Source: Mayamaea pseudoterrestris (Eukaryota). From it: 64,000 bases of DNA. Where the stretch lies: assembly GCA_027923505.1 (NCBI GenBank), contig BROI01000006.1, positions 682,001 through 746,000 on the forward strand, read 5' to 3'. Shown piece after piece: positions 59,198-64,000 of the stretch (the stretch's first letter is position 1; each line of letters opens with the position of its first letter). Position numbers and translations under genes: made by a program. Under the pieces are notes generated by a model. The model was not told the DNA's origin. It made no database searches and was given only the letters and a program-made list of their open reading frames with translations.

Positions 59198-61906
59198 TTA
59201 CACCAGTAGCGGAGGCGTCAACGATTCCCCCGGGGGCATTTTCCTGGAGGGCACTGGACTACTGCGCGCCTGCGCCATGGCCATGCGCATATCAACAGCG
59301 TCAAGCGCTCCAGGCCAAACCTCTCGCCAGGCTTCCCTCATCTCGTCGCTAAGTTGGGGATGGTTCTGCTGAAAGTCAAGGGGCTCGGCAGCAAAGCAAA
59401 CAATGACAGTATTGACCGAGCTGTGAATGACTCCGAACAAAATGTTGGACAGCACAATCCCAATCACTGTGCCGAGCACAAACGATACCAAGCCAGGTTC
59501 GTTCAACGACGATATCTGAAGCACGTCAACCCATTCCAGCAAGCCTGCAAAACATCCCGTCAGACCACCAAGCACCAAGCTAGTCATGAGCAACAAGTTT
59601 GGCACCAAGTCGTCCGACACAATCAAGCTCCAGCCGCGCTTTTCAAACAATTCGTGAGCCCGGTGGGCCGCCTCGGAAAAGCTATAGTTGTACATTCCAA
59701 TGTACGTAAATGCCCAGTGATTAAAACGGAGCGTCAACATGTCAACCATCGATGTGATACAGTTGGCGAGTAACCGTAGACATTCATGGAAACATAGCAA
59801 GGTAGCATCTTCGGTAGTACTCGGTCGGAAAATAATGGCGAGCTGGCGAAGAAAGTTGACAGGTTCGACAAAGAGGCTCCCGTAGCAAATGGATCCCATC
59901 GAGTAAAATACTGTCTTGAAGACGGCCTTGGATACGACACCAGGTTCTATTTCATTGTGCCACCATGATCCAATCACACTGGCCGTGCAAGCTTTTAAAA
60001 TATTCTGTAACAGTAGTAAAGTGCAATGGAGACGAAAGTCGATGTCAGGCAATAAACACTTGATTACACTCGCAACATTGACAGAGGCGACCAACGAATG
60101 GACGTACCGAAAGAACCTGAAAAGTCCAGTAATAAGATACACCAAGAGCAGTATACAAAGCAATGGCCCAATTCCTCGTCAGCACGAGCTTGTTCTCCTG
60201 AATCGCATCGTACACACCAATCGTAACGACGCAAAAGTATATAGACCATGCCAATGCCAGCGACTGAAACATGAGGGCCAGCACAGTCAATGTGGGGTAT
60301 GTCCGGACCGCCGTTAAGGCTGTCAACACATTGGCAGTGGCAAATGGGATTCGGTCCCAAACGATAAAGGCGTACGCGACGCTGAGCGCAAGCGCAATGA
60401 TTCCGGTGATTGGAACGAAATTGTGCGGACTCAGGCCGATCCCAATCGTTCCCCAAACAAAGCTGAGTGTAATCACCATCACCAATGCCACTTGCACAAC
60501 GTGCCTCGCAAATAATGTCATAATTCCGAGCGAAACTGCCGACAAACTCATGGCAAACGCTCCGCACAAGCTCGCAATGTATAGTAAATTGTCGTAATGA
60601 ATTACCAGCGAGTCGGTCACGTCATCCTCCCTTCTATCGTCGTCGTCTTTACTAATCCTTGCCGTCTTGACTGCGCCGTGGTGATGATGATCATGCTTGC
60701 GATTGTAGCTCTGTATAACGCCAGCGCCGTGGTGTCGGGTAAACAGCGCATAGTCAAAGTACATGTTGCCAAGATACACGACAACGATTAGCTGTAACAT
60801 AAAAAGCACCAAAAAGAAGACATTGCGACACTTGAGTGGCTGCTGCACGCCGCGACAAGACTCCATGTACAGTTGAGCTGATTGCTGTCGCATGTGTTTG
60901 CGTCGAGTGCTTTCCTTTCGCTTCGGGCCAAGATTGTTGCGTATCGTCTGGTCATACCCATGCTATCCGGCGCACCATACTGATAATCAAAAGTATCGTT
61001 GGAATCCCATGAGGCTGCAGCCGCTGCAGCAGCCGGTGGAAGCAAAAAGGGTTGCAACTGATTCGGCGGAACGTGATGATGTGTTTCAAGCATGACCGTA
61101 TTGGATGAGGCCGCATACATGACGGGCGATGGTTTCGGCGACGACCGTGGACTCATTCCCAAACTGGCAGTCAGCGATCGCAGTTCATTCACTCGGGGAT
61201 CTAGTGATTTGCCAAGTTGCAGTTTGGGTGAAGACGCTGCCGACGCAGGCGATGGTGGAGGATGCAGCGACGTTCCAGCAGGTAACTGATGTCCCCAAGA
61301 TCCGTGGCGCTTGTGTCGCGGCGGACCTGCTGTCAGAGGCGCAAGAGATGCCGTGTGTATATTTTGATTCAACTGCGACGGCTGTGGTCCCCAGAATGCT
61401 CCATATCCTCCTGCTCCGCCTCTGCCGTTCGAAAGAGCAGCGTTTGACGAAAGACTCTTTCGATGCCGTCGGTGTCCATGTTTCGATCTGCTGCCTGTTT
61501 CATTCGATTGTAAAATAGCTTGCTGTTGCTGATGTTGAAATAGCAATAGTCGCTGCTGCTCCTGATGTTGACTGCTGTCCTCGTACACGGTGCGAATGAC
61601 ATGGTGCGGTCCTAGCGGAGGCGTTCCGTGATGAGTTTGATACTGCTGCACTGGATATTGATGCTGCTGCTGATGTTGCTGCTGCTGATAATGTATTGGC
61701 ATATTGCTGCTTTTTGGTAGTGACGTGCTTGGACCAAAGTTGCTTCCGACGGGTGCAGAGCTAGCAGTCGTATCAGGCGCTCCTGTAGCCTCGTTAATTC
61801 CGACGGTAGGGTCCTTGCCGTCACCATGCGTCCGTCTCTGTTGAATCTCGCCCCGACCATTGGTCTGATCAGAAGCGACCGCAATTGGCGGCGATGAGCT
61901 GGACAT
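59198..61906 (-). CDS. Choline transporter-like (CTL/SLC44/Pns1) protein; intron 60005-60107, apparent 1-nt frameshift near 60957
   Basis: CRNVFFLVLF, WDRIPFA, YYWTFQV, SMGSICYGSL, FNHWAFTYIGMY and TVIVCFA with about 10 TM segments; long disordered N-terminus. Confidence 0.85.
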
Positions 61907-62645
61907 GTTAAATTAGCAGTGATCCACAGCTGTTATTTTCTCAGAGTTTCAACAATCGGATCAGAAATTCAGAGTCAGATGATGCTCACAGAATCCCTGA
62001 TAAATTGCGCAATTGTTTTCAGCAAAACTAATTTCAATTCAAAATGACTGTATCAGAGCTAAATGTCTCGGACTAATGTATACTGTTTGAAGGTGGAGTG
62101 CTAAAGACTTGATGAATGATCGTCGTTTCAGAGTAGATGAAAGCGCACTGAAGATGGATGATCAACGTCTGTCTCTTTTCTTCGATGAAGCAACGGACTC
62201 AAGTCGCGAACCAAGCCACTGCACTTATATTCACCGTAATCCTTGTTCCCGCAGTAGGAGGTTCTCTTGTTACCCTCGAGCTAACCTTGATTGATACGAA
62301 CGACACTTGCATGGACAATGAGTGGCGCCATGGTTCTTGCATGCTCGTGTGAACGAACCAAGAGAACCGGCTTGCGCGCCGAGGAACCAATCATAGTCAA
62401 GTGACGCGTCGAATAGCTACCCTATGATGCGACCAAGCCAGAAGCGGTGCGTCTCTCTTCGACAGCTCAACATCACAATGCTGATGTACAATCAAGAAAG
62501 TATCTAATTGTTATGCGTTACTATGTATTATCTTATTTATCCAGGGTCGGTGGCTGTTCACCATCAAATTGCTGTGTAATCCATTTTTCCAGTTCCATGT
62601 CAAGTTCCTTCTGCCAAGCTCATGTTAATATACCATGTCATTGCT

Positions 62646-64000
62646 CTACTGACGACCATCATCTCCGCGTCGGCCCATGCTCAAGCTGCTGTTGGACCGC
62701 ATCAGTCCACGTTGCGAATGCTTGGCTCGCGGCAAGTCGTCGCACTCGTAGTCAGGGTCATTGACGTCGTCATCGAGCGCTTCGACGATTGACTTGACGC
62801 CTTGCTGGAAATCGGACTCTGGCAATGGCCAATCGTTGCTGCGAGTGCGACTTGGTGGCTTGAGAACAAGTAAATTATTCTGGCTTTGGTTGCGGTTGAG
62901 GGATTGGTTGCTTAGTGGGCTGGTGAAGTATAGACAAAGATTTTCAAATGGGTTAGCGAAAATCTCAGCTACTTTTCATGATAACAAACATTCACAATGT
63001 TCCTACTTGCCAGCATAGACTCGTCGTACCTGCTGTGCCCGTCCTCGCTGACGGTCCGACTTGCCCCATTGCCTTGGTGTTCTTTCGTCGGTTCGACCTC
63101 ATCCTTGTTGCTGCTCTTGGCTTCATCATTGCTGTCCTCGCTCTTGAGCAAGGCTCCAATGCCTGCCATGTCGCCGTTGCTTTCCGAAGGCTTGTGCTGC
63201 GAGGCTCCGATTATAAACTGGGCTGGTTTGGGCATGGTTGACAATGATGACGATGAGGAAACCTCGCGTTGCAAGTTTCCATTTCCGCTTTCTTTACCGC
63301 CTCCGTTGCCATTTCCAGCTCCACTTATATCGCTCTCGCTTTCGAATGGATTCACAAACTCTTCATTCGCCCAGTCTCCGCTGACGCTAATGTCTGACAA
63401 TGCCAGCGAATGTGAGCGAGGCAAGCGCTCAGCTGCGTTGGCTTGCGGCGGCGGCAAGGACAATTGTGGCAAACGCATCAACTCTGATGTTGACGCCGAT
63501 GGAAGCAACGGCGGAGTCTCATCGTTTGGCCGAACGATTGCTCCATTGTGCTCCATGCGGACAAGCTTGACGGGAAGCACTGGTTGCGGTTGAAATGACT
63601 GTGCCTCGCTCATTTCCGCGTCCACATTGGCAATTGCTTCGTTTCCCAAATGCTGCCACAAGGTAGACATGAGCTGTGAAGGAGGCAATACCCCCTTGCG
63701 CTTTGCATTTCCAATGTTACTGCGCTTCTTGCCGCCGGTGCGGTGCTGAACGACTGGCGTACGCTGCAGCTCGGCTCTGATTTTGGGAGCGCCTTCGCGC
63801 AAGGCTTGGGCCGTCTTGGCCAAAATCTTGTCCTTGTCTAGTTCAAACCACCATCCACTGCCGGCGCTCGAAGGATCCTTGTGCAGAAACCGACCAGGTG
63901 GATTCTGACTGTAGACCAAGTCAATGACTTCCTTGGCAACCATTGCCTTGTCTTCCTTCGTCTTGGCCATGGTGTAGGCATTCTTGCGGACGCGCACCCA
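62646..64000 (-). CDS. DUF6824-like domain protein (5' end outside window); probable intron 62920-63029
   Basis: Y..AK..K..VA.EV…PPGRFL…W…KTAQALRE signature. A GT-AG intron leads in frame to a last exon ending at TAG 62646. Confidence 0.78.

Overview
Gene-dense eukaryotic DNA, almost certainly from a diatom: short GT-AG introns, bipartite ASAF-type plastid presequences, a silicanin-like gene, DUF6824 and HSF genes, and a CoDi-type Copia element. Two repeat-rich blocks interrupt ordinary housekeeping genes. Block 1 (1-9430) is a CpG-stripped ~153-bp Pro/Ser-coding-derived array joined to about 50 copies of a 169-bp satellite that carries a 25-bp palindrome and higher-order repeats. Block 2 (26026-39718) holds two tandem silicanin-like paralogues. 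The first is cut at codon 142 by a ~10-kb insert made of a decayed mucin-like 302/148-bp array, a 5.76-kb Copia element and a hairpin-rich right end resembling a Helitron/Helentron terminus. The Copia element has apparently identical LTRs, a CGTCA target-site duplication, a dead integrase and a primer site matching the tRNA-Asn anticodon arm. Housekeeping genes include plastid RsmB, RIO2, NECAP, plastid MoeZ/ThiF, tRNA-Thr(AGU), eIF3i, HSF, tepsin, DNA polymerase alpha, Cpn20, mS29/DAP3, transaldolase, adenylate kinase, a LAMTOR1/Ego1 candidate and a CTL transporter. All calls come from reading motifs by eye; no searches were run.
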